Assembly (NCBI GenBank): GCA_965199955.1
Contig: CBDATQ010000001.1
Span: 960,001-1,024,000 of the forward strand
Direction: 5' to 3'
Length of the DNA: 64,000 bases
Source of the DNA: Spirochaetia bacterium
GTDB lineage: Bacteria; Spirochaetota; Spirochaetia; SZUA-6; Bin103
Numbering within the stretch: the first letter of the stretch is position 1; each line of letters starts with the position of its first letter. The position numbers were made by a program, and so were the translations under genes. The notes under the pieces are model-generated. The model worked only from the letters and a program-made list of their open reading frames with translations, ran no database searches and was not told where the DNA came from. Shown here piece by piece: positions 27,266-37,053 of the stretch.

Positions 27266-27475
27266 TCAAGGAGACGGGTACTCCGGCCGTGAGCCATCCG
27301 GCGCGTGCCGATGGCGGTGGTGGGCTCCACATGACAGTCTCAAGTTCTCAGAATCGGCGCTACCGCCCAGCGCATAGGGCAGGATGTGGTCTATCTCGAT
27401 CAGATGTCGAGAGTTGCAGCGGCGTCCGGTCTGCCGATCGACGTAGCCGCAGCGGCCGTCGTCCCGCTGCCGAAT
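27266..27475 (-). pseudogene. HNH endonuclease C-terminal fragment
   Basis: Hand translation (absent from ORF track): [57 protein letters not shown]; no proper start. Confidence 0.8.
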
Positions 27476-27477
27476 CG

Positions 27478-27885
27478 ATGCTGAGCGTCTTTTCGGCAGG
27501 ATCCAGTCGCTTCCACTTGGTGTCGAGCACTGTCGGGCCGTCCGGTGTCTCGACCACGATGTCCGGCTTGAGCCGGAACAGCGGACCGTCCGGCGCTTCG
27601 ATTGCGCAGTGCCTCGCGTGCTGGAAGTGAACCTGCCACGGTGAGGCGGCGCGCCGCACGCTCCGTCCGACGAATCCCTCGAAGAGGTCGTTCATGGCGA
27701 ACACCAGCGCGAAGCCCGATGCCCTCCCGCTGGCCGTGCTCTGCCAATCCCCGGCAAGGAACATCCGGGATAGACGATACAGGTCGTGATACGCGGTGTT
27801 GCTCCGGTCCAGGCGAACCGGCTCGCGTAATGGGGTACGCGTGTCGTTCACGAACTCCAACCGCGCAACGAGCTCGGCCAGACGG
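27478..27885 (-). pseudogene. mcrC: McrC fragment
   Basis: [33 protein letters not shown]; lacks both termini. Confidence 0.75.
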
Positions 27886-28597
27886 ACGGTCCAGCGGTAG
27901 CGCTCCTCGTCCGTACCGTCATCGTCGAGACCTGGAGGCGGTTTCAGGGGATCCGCTCGACGAAGCCGTCGCCGCCGCCCAGTACAGCGCGTACCTTCGC
28001 CCAATCCTCGTAGAAGTACTCCGCCAGGAGCGGGATGATCTTGCGGCGCATCGCCTCGTCCACATCGGCCTTGGTACGCGCGGTCATACGCATGTTCGAT
28101 CAGGTGGTCGCGATCGAGGAGCCACTCCAAGCGTTCGTTCATGGCGCGGAGAACCCCCGGCAGATCGATTCCGGTCGCCTCACCAGCGTCCTCCAGCAGA
28201 TCGGGGTCGGGCGCCAACTCCTCGAACTGGAAGCGACGGCGCAGCGCCGTGTCCAGGAGCGCGATGGAGCGGTCGGCGGTGTTCATGGTGCCGAGGATGT
28301 GAAGGTTGGCGGGCAAGGTGAAGGGCTCGCCGGAATGCGGCAACGTCACGACCGCTTCGTTCGCCGCGCCTGCACGCTTGTCTTCCTCCAGGAGCGTGAT
28401 CAGCTCGCCCAGCACCTTGGAGACGTTGGCACGATTAGATCTCGTCGATGACCAGGACGTGAGGCGCTTCGCTCGCTCGCGCGCGTTCGGCGATGCGTCG
28501 TTCCATCGCAGATCTCCACGCAGCGGCGGGCAGTGGCATAAGTCTTGCCGGTTCCCGGCGGCCCCAGCAGGATCACGTTCAGGGGCGTCGCCTCATC
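27886..28597 (-). pseudogene. mcrB: McrB AAA+ GTPase fragment
   Basis: [21 protein letters not shown] / frameshift / [52 protein letters not shown] in another frame. Confidence 0.85.
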
Positions 28598-28670
28598 AGG
28601 AGGAGTTGGTCCAGGTGGCCATAGTTTTCGAATAAGCGGATCATAGAAGTCGAACGTCCCGTGCTCCCTT

Positions 28671-29447
28671 TCAAGCCCACGGCGGCTGGTCGCAGCCGCG
28701 GAAGGGGTAGTGGTCGCCGGGGCGGAAGCGGGGCCAGGGCGGGTAGGTGTTGATGCCTTCGACGGCGCTGCCGCGGCACAGGTACGCCGGGTGGTCCTCG
28801 CGCAGGATGCGCGTGGAGGTGGGGATGTAGCGCAGGGTCAGGCCGATGCGGCGCCGCTCCGAGCGGTTGGCCTCCGAGCCGTGGATGATGTACGGATCGT
28901 GCAGGGAGACGCCGCCGGCCGGCACGACCACGTCCACCGCGTCCGCGTCGTCCACGTCCCGGTCCAGCTTCGAGCTCAGGACGTTCGGCGCGTCCTCGGT
29001 CCGCCGGTGCTCGTGGAGCCGCCTGGTCCGGTGCGAGCCGGGAACGACGCGCATGCAGCCGTTCTCGGGCGTCGAGTCGTCCCCGGCCAGCCAGATGGTG
29101 ATGACCTCCATGGGCTCCAGCGGCCAGTAGTTGCCGTCCTGGTGCCAGAGCACCGGCTGCCCGCTGCGCGGCGGCTTGCTGATGTAGTGGGCGGCGAACA
29201 GGGCGATGTCCGGTCCCAGGAACGGCTCGATCAGGTCGATCAGCCGGGGGTCGGTGCAGAGGCGGATCCAGAACGGGTCGTCCACGATCAGGCGGTGGTG
29301 GAACTGCTCGGGCCGCACGTCGGGGTGCCGGCGCTCAAGCCACTCGACATGGCCCTGCACCTCCGCCACCAGCTCCCGGTCGATCACCTCTGGGATCACG
29401 ACGTATCCGTCCCGCTCGTACCGGTTGACGACCTCTCCTCTCGTCAT
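28671..29447 (-). CDS. phytanoyl-CoA dioxygenase (PhyH) family
   Basis: YERDGYVV, WHQDG, ENGCMRVVPGSH, IHGSEAN..RR. Confidence 0.9.
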   Translation of the reverse strand: MTRGEVVNRYERDGYVVIPEVIDRELVAEVQGHVEWLERRHPDVRPEQFHHRLIVDDPFWIRLCTDPRLIDLIEPFLGPDIALFAAHYISKPPRSGQPVLWHQDGNYWPLEPMEVITIWLAGDDSTPENGCMRVVPGSHRTRRLHEHRRTEDAPNVLSSKLDRDVDDADAVDVVVPAGGVSLHDPYIIHGSEANRSERRRIGLTLRYIPTSTRILREDHPAYLCRGSAVEGINTYPPWPRFRPGDHYPFRGCDQPPWA

Positions 29448-29517
29448 GGTGCGATGGTGATCCGCCCTCGTCACAACGTGCAACGCCGGGACCGCCGGGC
29501 CTGATAGACTCGCCCCC

Positions 29518-29817
29518 ATGTGTCGCAGCATTCGTCCGCTCCACAACTTCGCCCCGCCGGCGACCGCCGAGGAGATGCACGCGGCGGCGCTGCAGTACGT
29601 CCGCAAGGTCAGCGGGACGTCCAAGTCGTCGCGGGCCAACGCCCGCGCCTTCGAACGCGCGGTCGACGAAGTCGCGCTCGCCACGCGGCGGTTGCTTGAC
29701 GCGCTGGTGACCACGGAGCCGCCGCGCAACCGCGAGGTCGAAGCCGCCAAGGCGCGGGAACGCGCCGCGCAGCGCTTCGGCCCGGCCGTCGCCCGGACGG
29801 CCGAACGGCATCCATGA
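29518..29817 (+). CDS. DUF2277 family protein
   Basis: MCRSIRPLHNFAPPAT..AAALQYVRKVSG..RNREVEA. Confidence 0.85.
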   Translation: MCRSIRPLHNFAPPATAEEMHAAALQYVRKVSGTSKSSRANARAFERAVDEVALATRRLLDALVTTEPPRNREVEAAKARERAAQRFGPAVARTAERHP

Positions 29818-30738
29818 CGCCGGCCACTCCCACCGTCGCCGTCGCGGACCTGGAGGTGTCGGTCGACGACCTCGACCTGCAGCGCGGCGCCGCCATCTTC
29901 GACGAGCACGGCTGCCTTGTGGTGCGTGGCCTGATGCGCGCGCACGCGGACGCGATGTACCGCGACATCATGGCCACGGTCGACGACGCGATCGCCGACC
30001 TGGACCGGGCGTGGCAGGTGCCCGAGGGGCTGGGTGGTCCCGAACGGCAGCCTGTTCCTGCCGGCGCCCGATCACTACGATCGGGACAAGCAGATCATGG
30101 TGGTCGGCATCGACTACACCACCAGCGCGGCCTTCCTGGCAGCCGCCCTCGATCCCACGTCCCTCGACGTCGTGGAGGCGATCGTCGGCCCCAATATCGA
30201 GCTGTTCGGCCAGGGGCAGTCGCTGGTCAAGGAGCCGGTCGGCGGCCACCCGAAGCACCTCCACCAGGACTCCGCCTACTTCGAGCACCGCGACCGGGGG
30301 CCGGTGGCGATTCTCAGCTACACGATCGATACCGACCTGCGCAACGGCGCCCTGCACGTGGTGCCAGGCAGCCATCGCCTGGGACAGCTCCGGCACGTCG
30401 ACACCTTCTCCCACCTGGGGCTGGACGAGCACGAATGGCCGTGGGAGAAGGCGGTCCCCATCGAGGGCTCGGCCGGCGACTCGATCTTCTTCAACGTGAA
30501 GACCGTGCACGGATCGAAGCCCAACTACGGCGATGAGCCGCGGCCGGTCTTCATCATCCGCTACCGCGATCCCGAGGACTACACGATCGTCCGCGCGACT
30601 CGCACGGAGGTGCGCGCCGAGGCGGAGAAGCAGGCCGCCGAGGCGACCCGCGCGGACGACCAGCGCGGGCTGATGGTGCGCGGCTTCCGCCACACCGACT
30701 CGAAGAGCGCCGTGCAGCGCTCGGTACCACCGGCGTGA
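29814..30738 (+). pseudogene. PhyH family dioxygenase split by one frameshift (possibly a sequencing error)
   Basis: N-part FDEHGCLVVRGL in frame 29814; C-part LHQDS..VVPGSH..VHGS in frame 30034; removing one G from 30026-30029 joins them as VPEGWVVPNG. Confidence 0.8.
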
Positions 30739-31520
30739 CGACGGCGGAGCGGCCGACCGCCTCCGAGCGGTTCTTCTTCGACACCAACGGGTACCTGCTG
30801 CTTGAGGGCGTGCTCGACGCCGATCATGTCGGCCGGCTGCGCACCGCTCTGGAGGAGGCCGTCGAACGCCGCCGCGAACTGGCGCGAGCCGGCGAACAGG
30901 TGTTCCGCGTCAACCAGGATCTGGAGAACGGCACGCGCATCTTCTACCTGCTGGCCGAGGACGACCTGTTCCTGGACATGATGGACCTGCCGGCGGTGAT
31001 GCCCTACGTCACCGGACTCTTCAACGAGAAGCCGCACTTCCACGCCTCCGACGCGTTCTGGGAGCACGGCGCCAGCGGCCACGGCGCCGCCTGGCACATC
31101 GACGGCGCCGATGACGGCTACCGCGGGCTCGGGCCCTACATCCCCCTGCTCCAGCTCAAGATCGCCTACTTCCTCTCTGACATGAGCACCCCCGACCAGG
31201 GCAACCTGACCGTGGTGCCGGGATCGCACCGCGCGCGGGTGGCTCCGGACGAGCGCGACCTGCGGGGGTTCGAGTCGCTGCCGGGCGCGGTGCAGCTCTG
31301 CTGCCCGCAGGGCTCCTGCGTGATGTTCCACAACGCCCTCTGGCATACGAGGGGACCCTCGCGCCGCGACGACGGCGAGCGGATCATCCTTTACTACGCC
31401 TACGAGCACCCCTGGATGGCGGCCAGCCCCGAGCCAACCTCCTATCCGCCGGCCTTCTATGCCGGGCTCTCGCCCGCGCGCCGGGCGTTCTTTCTCCCGG
31501 TGGTGCTGCCCGGGGACTGA
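30735..31520 (+). CDS. PhyH family dioxygenase
   Basis: FFDTNGYL, WHIDG, GNLTVVPGSH, LWH. Confidence 0.85.
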   Translation: MTTAERPTASERFFFDTNGYLLLEGVLDADHVGRLRTALEEAVERRRELARAGEQVFRVNQDLENGTRIFYLLAEDDLFLDMMDLPAVMPYVTGLFNEKPHFHASDAFWEHGASGHGAAWHIDGADDGYRGLGPYIPLLQLKIAYFLSDMSTPDQGNLTVVPGSHRARVAPDERDLRGFESLPGAVQLCCPQGSCVMFHNALWHTRGPSRRDDGERIILYYAYEHPWMAASPEPTSYPPAFYAGLSPARRAFFLPVVLPGD

Positions 31521-31714
31521 ACCGGCTCAGCTCCCACCGCGACCGACGCCCGGATCAGTCCCGAGCCGCCGCAGGTCCGCGGGGGTCGCCGGCACCTCCA
31601 ATGACACAGGGGTTGTACCGACCGTCCGGGCGGACGATATTCTCAGGTGAGAGTCCGTCACCGGGACCCGCCGGCGACGGCATGCATCGGGCATACGCAT
31701 CAGAGGAGTAGAAC

Positions 31715-32983
31715 GTGGCAAAGAACGCCCCGACGGCCGCCGCCAAGACCGTCCAGGAGCCGGCAGCGCCGGCCGAGCTGTTCCGCAACAGCGCAATCCC
31801 GTACATAGCCATCGCCCTGGCGCTGGCCGGCGTCGTGCTCGGCTTCCTTCTGACCCTTGGCTACTTCCACCACACCGTTCTGGGAGCGGCTACCGGCTGC
31901 GCCATCAACTCCTACGTGGACTGTGACCGCATCAGCGCGTCGCCGTTCGCGGCCATCGGCCGCGTGCCGATTTCCGCCTTCGGGCTGGGCATGCACGCCG
32001 CCGTGCTGGCGGCGCTGGTGGTGGCGCACTTCAGCACCCGCGTCCGCCAGGGGCTGGTCGGCGGCAGCGCCGTCCTGGCGCTGGCCGCGACGGCGGTGTC
32101 GGTGGTGCTGGCGGTGATCTCCTTCTTCGTCATCAGGGCGCTCTGTCTGTACTGCACGGCGCTGCAGCTCGTGAACCTGGCGCTGGCAGGGACCCTGGTG
32201 TTCGGCCTGGCCGGTGGCGCCGAGCGGCTGAAGCGGGCGGTGAAGTCGATCGCCGGCCCGGCGATCGGGCCCGGCATCATGGCCGGCTGCATCGGCATCG
32301 TCGTGGCGGTGGCCGCGACCTGGGGCCTGTCCTCGGGCGCGGAGCGGCAGCTTCTGGAACAGCAGATATTCGAAGCGCGCGACTCGCAGCGGCTTGCCGA
32401 CCGCTACTTGGCATTCAGGCGCTTCGAGTTCGAGTTGACCGACAGCCCGCAGCTCGGCGATCCTGACGCGCCGATCACCCTGGTGGTCTTCGCCGACTAC
32501 AACTGTCCGGCCTGTCACTACTTCGATCCCAGGATCGTCGAGGTGGCAAACGCATTCTCCGAGGCACGGCTGGTCTACAAGTTCTACCCGCTCGACGGCA
32601 CCTGCAACCGATCCATGCCGAGCACCAGCCGCAGCACTTCCTGCGCCGCCGCGGCGGCCGCCTACGTCGCGTATCAGGAAGGAAAGTTCTGGGAGTACAG
32701 CGACACGCTGTTCGCGAATTTCCAGCGGTACGGCCCGAACCGGCTGGTCGACTATGCTCAGAAGGTGGGCCTGAGCGATCCCGAGCTCGCCCGCACCGCC
32801 CTGGACGACCGGAAGGTGCGCGCCAAGATCGAATCCGACATCGCAGAGGCGGGCAGAGCCGGCCTGACCGCCACGCCGACGCTGTTCATCAACGGCCGCC
32901 AGTTCCTCCGCGCCCGCGTGCCGTCGAACCGCGACGAATTCTCGATCATTCGCTCGCTGATCGTCGAGGCCCGCGGCGGCTGA
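31715..32983 (+). CDS. VKOR - DsbA/thioredoxin fusion
   Basis: VKOR loop C..CDRISASP and membrane CLYC; Trx CPAC and cis-Pro ATPT; GAGGAG RBS. Confidence 0.85.
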   Translation: MAKNAPTAAAKTVQEPAAPAELFRNSAIPYIAIALALAGVVLGFLLTLGYFHHTVLGAATGCAINSYVDCDRISASPFAAIGRVPISAFGLGMHAAVLAALVVAHFSTRVRQGLVGGSAVLALAATAVSVVLAVISFFVIRALCLYCTALQLVNLALAGTLVFGLAGGAERLKRAVKSIAGPAIGPGIMAGCIGIVVAVAATWGLSSGAERQLLEQQIFEARDSQRLADRYLAFRRFEFELTDSPQLGDPDAPITLVVFADYNCPACHYFDPRIVEVANAFSEARLVYKFYPLDGTCNRSMPSTSRSTSCAAAAAAYVAYQEGKFWEYSDTLFANFQRYGPNRLVDYAQKVGLSDPELARTALDDRKVRAKIESDIAEAGRAGLTATPTLFINGRQFLRARVPSNRDEFSIIRSLIVEARGG

Positions 32984-32984
32984 G

Positions 32985-34070
32985 GTGCGCGAGCGAGCGG
33001 ACGCGGTCGCTGCAGCTCTCGACGCCGGCGTCGACGCGCTGCTCTGCCTGCACGGCGAAGGGTTGCCGCGAACCGACGTCCGCTACCTGAGCGGCTTCTC
33101 CGGCAGCTCGGCCGCCCTGCTGATCGCCCGCGGCCAGCGCGTGCTGCTCACCGACGGACGCTATCAGGAACAAGCCTGCACCGAGTGCCCGGACTGGGAG
33201 GTGGAGATACTCCCCGCCGGAGGAAACTCTGCCGAGATGATCGGCGAGTCCTGCCGCTCTCGGGGCTTCTCGCGGGTCGGGTACGAGCCGGAGGGCATCA
33301 CCGCCGGGATGCTGGACAGGCTCCGGGATGCCGGAAGCGCCTGCTTCGTGCCGGCCGAAGGACTGGTACAGGAACGGCGCCGGTGCAAGGCGCCGGAGGA
33401 GATCGCCAGTATCGAGTCCGCCGCACGCATGGTCGACGCCGCGCTGGACGCGACGGCCCGCCTGGCGCGCGCCGGAGCGGCCGAGCGCGATATCGCGCTG
33501 GAGCTCGAGCTGCAGATGCGGCGCCGCGGCTCGGAGGAGGCGGCCTTCCCGACCATCGTGGCCTCAGGCCCCCACAGCGCGCTCCCGCACGCGCTGCCGA
33601 CCGACCGCCGGCTCGCCGCCGGCGACCTGGTGTGCATCGACTGCGGCGCCACGGTGGGCGGCTACCGCAGCGACCTCACCCGCGCCTGGGTGATCGGCGA
33701 GCCCGACGCCGAACAGCGCCGCGTGCACGCCGCGGTGCTGCGGGCGCACGACCGGGCGCTCGCGCTGGTGGGTCCCGGGGTCGTCAGCGACGACCTCAAC
33801 GACGCCGCGCATGAAGAGCTTGCGGCCGCGGGCATCGGCGACTGGTGGCGTCACGGGGTCGGCCACGGCGTCGGCCTCGACATCCACGAGGCGCCGAGCC
33901 TGCGCGCCCGGGCCGGGAACGAGCTTGCCGCCGGTGACGTGGTGACGATCGAGCCCGGCGCCTACCGGGCGGGTTGGGGCGGGCTCCGGGTCGAGGACCT
34001 GGTGCTGGTGACGGAAACCGGTGCGCGCACGCTCAGCGCCGCGCCGACCGCCCTGCGGGTGATCGGTTGA
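32985..34070 (+). CDS. Xaa-Pro aminopeptidase (M24)
   Basis: YLSGFSGS, TDGRY, IDCGA..YRSDLTR, HGVGHGVGLDIHE, IEPG, RVED. Confidence 0.9.
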   Translation: MRERADAVAAALDAGVDALLCLHGEGLPRTDVRYLSGFSGSSAALLIARGQRVLLTDGRYQEQACTECPDWEVEILPAGGNSAEMIGESCRSRGFSRVGYEPEGITAGMLDRLRDAGSACFVPAEGLVQERRRCKAPEEIASIESAARMVDAALDATARLARAGAAERDIALELELQMRRRGSEEAAFPTIVASGPHSALPHALPTDRRLAAGDLVCIDCGATVGGYRSDLTRAWVIGEPDAEQRRVHAAVLRAHDRALALVGPGVVSDDLNDAAHEELAAAGIGDWWRHGVGHGVGLDIHEAPSLRARAGNELAAGDVVTIEPGAYRAGWGGLRVEDLVLVTETGARTLSAAPTALRVIG

Positions 34071-34085
34071 GGGCGATTGGCCGAG

Positions 34086-34511
34086 TCAGGCGATCACGAT
34101 CTGGATGCGGTGCCCTGACTCCTCGTCCTGATAGTCCAGGATGTCGCACGGCTCGCCGGACCGCAGCGCCTCGCGGATGCGGTTGATGTCGACGCCGTGC
34201 TCGCCGAGCACGGCCGCGTGGGGAAGATCCAGCAGCGGAAGCGCGAAGCGGGCAAGCTGCAGCGGCAGCACCAGCGTGACCACGTGGCCGTCCCCGCTGG
34301 CGAGCGCGATGCGCACCTGCACGTCATCGGTGGCGGCCGTCTCCGCAGGTGTCTCCGGGTGCTCTTCGGCCGCCTCCTGCTCTGGCTGATCCTGCGGCCC
34401 TTCCTGCTCTTCGCCGCCGAGCGCCATGATCAGCTTCGAGCCCTCGTCCGCGGAGATCGTGCCCTGCTCCACCATCCGCAGCACCTGCTGCCGCTCTTCG
34501 CTCAACGCCAT
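34086..34511 (-). CDS. SHOCT-like domain protein
   Basis: EERQQVLRMVEQGTISADEGSKLIMAL N-terminus. Confidence 0.7.
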   Translation of the reverse strand: MALSEERQQVLRMVEQGTISADEGSKLIMALGGEEQEGPQDQPEQEAAEEHPETPAETAATDDVQVRIALASGDGHVVTLVLPLQLARFALPLLDLPHAAVLGEHGVDINRIREALRSGEPCDILDYQDEESGHRIQIVIA

Positions 34512-34635
34512 CAGTCACCCCCTTCGATCAATGTAGCGCGCACGCGCCGACTCGCCAAACGCCGGATTCTGTGCGCCTCGTCCTGACCGTCGGTCGACCG
34601 GAGCATCAGATCGCCAGGATCCGGCGGGGCTCCTG

Positions 34636-34651
34636 GTATCATGCGTGATAC
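34636..34651 (+). promoter_or_regulatory. palindromic operator upstream of Phd-VapC
   Basis: GTATCA-tgcg-TGATAC overlapping TACACT -10-like box. Confidence 0.5.
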
Positions 34652-34661
34652 ACTCACCCCT

Positions 34662-34898
34662 ATGGCACATGCAACCGTCAGAGACCTGCGAAACCACGGT
34701 CGAGAGGTCATCGATCGCGTGATCGCCGGGGAACGCCTCACGATCACCCGTTCGGGCCGACCGGTGGCGGAGTTGCGGCCGCTCGGACGGCGTGGCCCGG
34801 ATGGCGCGACGTTGCTGGCGCGCTGGAAACGGGTTCCGCGCGTCGACGTGGACGAGTTTCGGCGCGACGTCGACGCTATATTGGATCCCTCGCTATGA
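34662..34898 (+). CDS. Phd/YefM family antitoxin
   Basis: TVRDLRNH..VIAGERLTITRSGRPVAELRP. Confidence 0.9.
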   Translation: MAHATVRDLRNHGREVIDRVIAGERLTITRSGRPVAELRPLGRRGPDGATLLARWKRVPRVDVDEFRRDVDAILDPSL

Positions 34899-35350
34899 GC
34901 CCGAGCCAGCTTCCGGGCCGCGGTCTGCTCGACACCAACACGGTGATCCTGCTTCCCAGGCTTGACGATCCTCGGCGGCTCCCCGGCGAGGCGTTCATCA
35001 GCGCCGTCACGCTCGCGGAACTGTCGGCGGGCCCACTGGTGGCACGGACTGCCCGGGAAAGCGCAGCCAGGCAGGCGCAGGTTCAGCAAGCCGAGGCCGA
35101 CTTCGATGCGGTCCCGTTCGATGCGCCTGCCGCCAGAGCGTTTGGCCAGGTTGCGGCAGACCTGCGGACCGCCGGGCGCAAGCCTTCCGTTCGCGCGTAT
35201 GACGCGCTCATCGCAGCGACTGCCATCGCCAACGACCTGCCGTTGTACACGGTCAATCCCACCGGCTACGAAGGCATCACGTCGCTGCGGGTGGTCCCGA
35301 TTACCCACCCGGACGCTCGATTGTGCGACCTCGGATCGGTCGACTCATGA
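34895..35350 (+). CDS. vapC: VapC/PIN toxin
   Basis: LLDTNTVI, ISAVTLAEL, YDALIAATA..TVNP. Confidence 0.9.
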   Translation: MSPSQLPGRGLLDTNTVILLPRLDDPRRLPGEAFISAVTLAELSAGPLVARTARESAARQAQVQQAEADFDAVPFDAPAARAFGQVAADLRTAGRKPSVRAYDALIAATAIANDLPLYTVNPTGYEGITSLRVVPITHPDARLCDLGSVDS

Positions 35351-36171
35351 AGCGAGGCCGAGGACTGCTGGTCACGGATCTGGACGGCACCCTGCTTGGC
35401 GGCGACCGCCGGCTGCGCGACTGCGACCGGGCGGCGCTCGCCCGGCTGGGGCGAGAGGGGTGCCTGCGCGCCATCGCCACGGGGCGGCACCTGCATTCGT
35501 TCGGGATGGTGGAGTGCGAGCGGTTCCCGGTCGACTACGTGATGGTCTCCTCAGGGGCGGGGATTTACGACGTGCGCCATCGCCGGCTGGTTCGCTCGCG
35601 CTCGCTTACCCAAACGGAGACGGAGGCGGCGGTCCGGGCGCTGGACGCACTAGACCTCGACTTCATGGTGCACCGGCCGATCCCGGACAACCATCACTTC
35701 CAGTACCGGTGGTCGGGCCGGCCGAACGTCGACTTCGAAGAGCGCATGGAGCGGTATCGCGCGTTCGCGACGCCGCTCGACGGGCAGATAGGGCCCAGCG
35801 CGCAGTTGCTGGCCGTCGTGCCGGCCGATCGCTCGGAGCCGTCCAGCGACGACGTGGCGACTCTGCTGCCGGATCTCACCGTGATCAGGGCCACCTCTCC
35901 TCTGGACCATCGTTCGACCTGGATCGAAGTGTTCCCGCGCGAGGTGTCGAAGAGCCAGGCGGCGGCTTGGCTGGCCGCTCGCCACGGCATCCGCCGCGGC
36001 GACGTCTGCGCGGTCGGCAACGACTACAACGATCGCGATCTGCTGGAGTGGGCCGGTTCCAGCTACGTGGTCGCCAACGCGGCGCCCGAACTGCGTGCCC
36101 GCCACGACGTGGTCGCGGCCGGCGGGCACTGCGGCGTCGCGGAGGCGACCTGCCGGTGGCGGGGTTCCTGA
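35347..36171 (+). CDS. Cof-type HAD hydrolase
   Basis: DLDGTL, ATGR, SK..GNDYND..VANA. Confidence 0.85.
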   Translation: MKRGRGLLVTDLDGTLLGGDRRLRDCDRAALARLGREGCLRAIATGRHLHSFGMVECERFPVDYVMVSSGAGIYDVRHRRLVRSRSLTQTETEAAVRALDALDLDFMVHRPIPDNHHFQYRWSGRPNVDFEERMERYRAFATPLDGQIGPSAQLLAVVPADRSEPSSDDVATLLPDLTVIRATSPLDHRSTWIEVFPREVSKSQAAAWLAARHGIRRGDVCAVGNDYNDRDLLEWAGSSYVVANAAPELRARHDVVAAGGHCGVAEATCRWRGS

Positions 36172-36235
36172 CACTCGGGCGCGAACACGTTGCTGCGCGA
36201 TACACCATCGGCGTTCGGTGGTTGGCGAAAGGGGA

Positions 36236-36256
36236 TGTATACAGCTAATGTACACT
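36236..36256 (+). promoter_or_regulatory. putative RHH antitoxin operator
   Basis: Palindromes TGTATACA and TGTACA, the second overlapping TACACT. Confidence 0.45.
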
Positions 36257-36264
36257 CGGCGAGT

Positions 36265-36507
36265 GTGACGAGAACACAGATCTATTTGACCGACGAGCAG
36301 AGGGACAGCCTCGGCAGCCGGGCTGTACGCACCGGAAGACCCATGAGTGAGCTGATTCGAGAGGCCCTGGACGAGTACCTCGGACGCCACGCAGACGAGC
36401 GCCGGCGGGACGTGCTGAGAGCCGCCGCCGGTCTGTGGGCAGATCGAGGCGACCTCGCTGAGATGCACGGCGCGCGCGCCACACTGGACAGAGACCTTTC
36501 GCGATGA
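36265..36507 (+). CDS. CopG/RHH antitoxin
   Basis: MTRTQIYLTDEQ..MSELIREALDEYL..AAGLWADR. Confidence 0.85.
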   Translation: MTRTQIYLTDEQRDSLGSRAVRTGRPMSELIREALDEYLGRHADERRRDVLRAAAGLWADRGDLAEMHGARATLDRDLSR

Positions 36508-36890
36508 ACCGCCTTCTCGTGGATACCGACATCGCGATCGATTACCTGCGCGGCGAGCGGGCAGCGGTCGCGTTTGTCCGGGAGCATGAGAAAGAGATCT
36601 CTCTGTCGGCGGTAACGGTGGCCGAGCTCTTTGCCGGTGTGAGGGAGGGCGATGAGACATTCGAGCTCGAGGAGTTCGTCCGATTGTTTCCCGTGATCCC
36701 GGTCGACCTGGAGATCGCGAAGATGGCTGGGCTCCATCGTCGCGACTTCGGGCCGTCCCACGGCACAGGTCTGGCTGATGGGATGATTGCAGCTACGGCG
36801 GACGGCCACGAACTGGAATTGAAGACGTTGAACACCCGTCACTACCCTATGGTTCGTCGCCTTCGCCCACCATACGTGCGACCTTCCTGA
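36504..36890 (+). CDS. vapC: VapC/PIN toxin
   Basis: LVDTDIAIDYLRG, TVAELFAG, LADGMIAATA, TLNTRHYP. Confidence 0.9.
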   Translation: MNRLLVDTDIAIDYLRGERAAVAFVREHEKEISLSAVTVAELFAGVREGDETFELEEFVRLFPVIPVDLEIAKMAGLHRRDFGPSHGTGLADGMIAATADGHELELKTLNTRHYPMVRRLRPPYVRPS

Positions 36891-36900
36891 GGCCTGAGGG

Positions 36901-36934
36901 CGGTCGCGGCCGGCTACCGGTCGCGGCCGGCTAC
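36901..36934. repeat. 17-bp perfect tandem duplication
   Basis: cggtcgcggccggctac x2. Confidence 0.9.
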
Positions 36935-37053
36935 ATTGCGTCCGCAAGGCGCGCGGGCTGGGAACTCGAAGCGCTCGCCCGGTGCCCCCGCGACGAAGTG
37001 CTACAATCGAGCCGGCCCGGAGCCGAGAAACGAAGAGAGGCAGGTAACAAGAG

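Noticed and set aside
27360..28415. 351-aa ORF as a novel functional McrB-McrC fusion
   Set aside because: Lacks in-frame Walker A/B, passes through an out-of-frame segment and has truncated McrC; treated as decay.
28671..31520. PhyH proteins as non-heme iron halogenases
   Set aside because: All keep HxD (HQD, HQD, HID), not the HxG/A of halogenases.
31527..31714. Hairpin-rich leader with CTCAGG, considered as a glycine or other riboswitch
   Set aside because: No GGAGA/CCGAAG core; GC-rich hairpins are expected by chance. An Rfam/Infernal scan would settle it.
36901..36934. Tandem repeat as a CRISPR remnant
   Set aside because: Two abutting 17-mers, no spacer, no cas genes.
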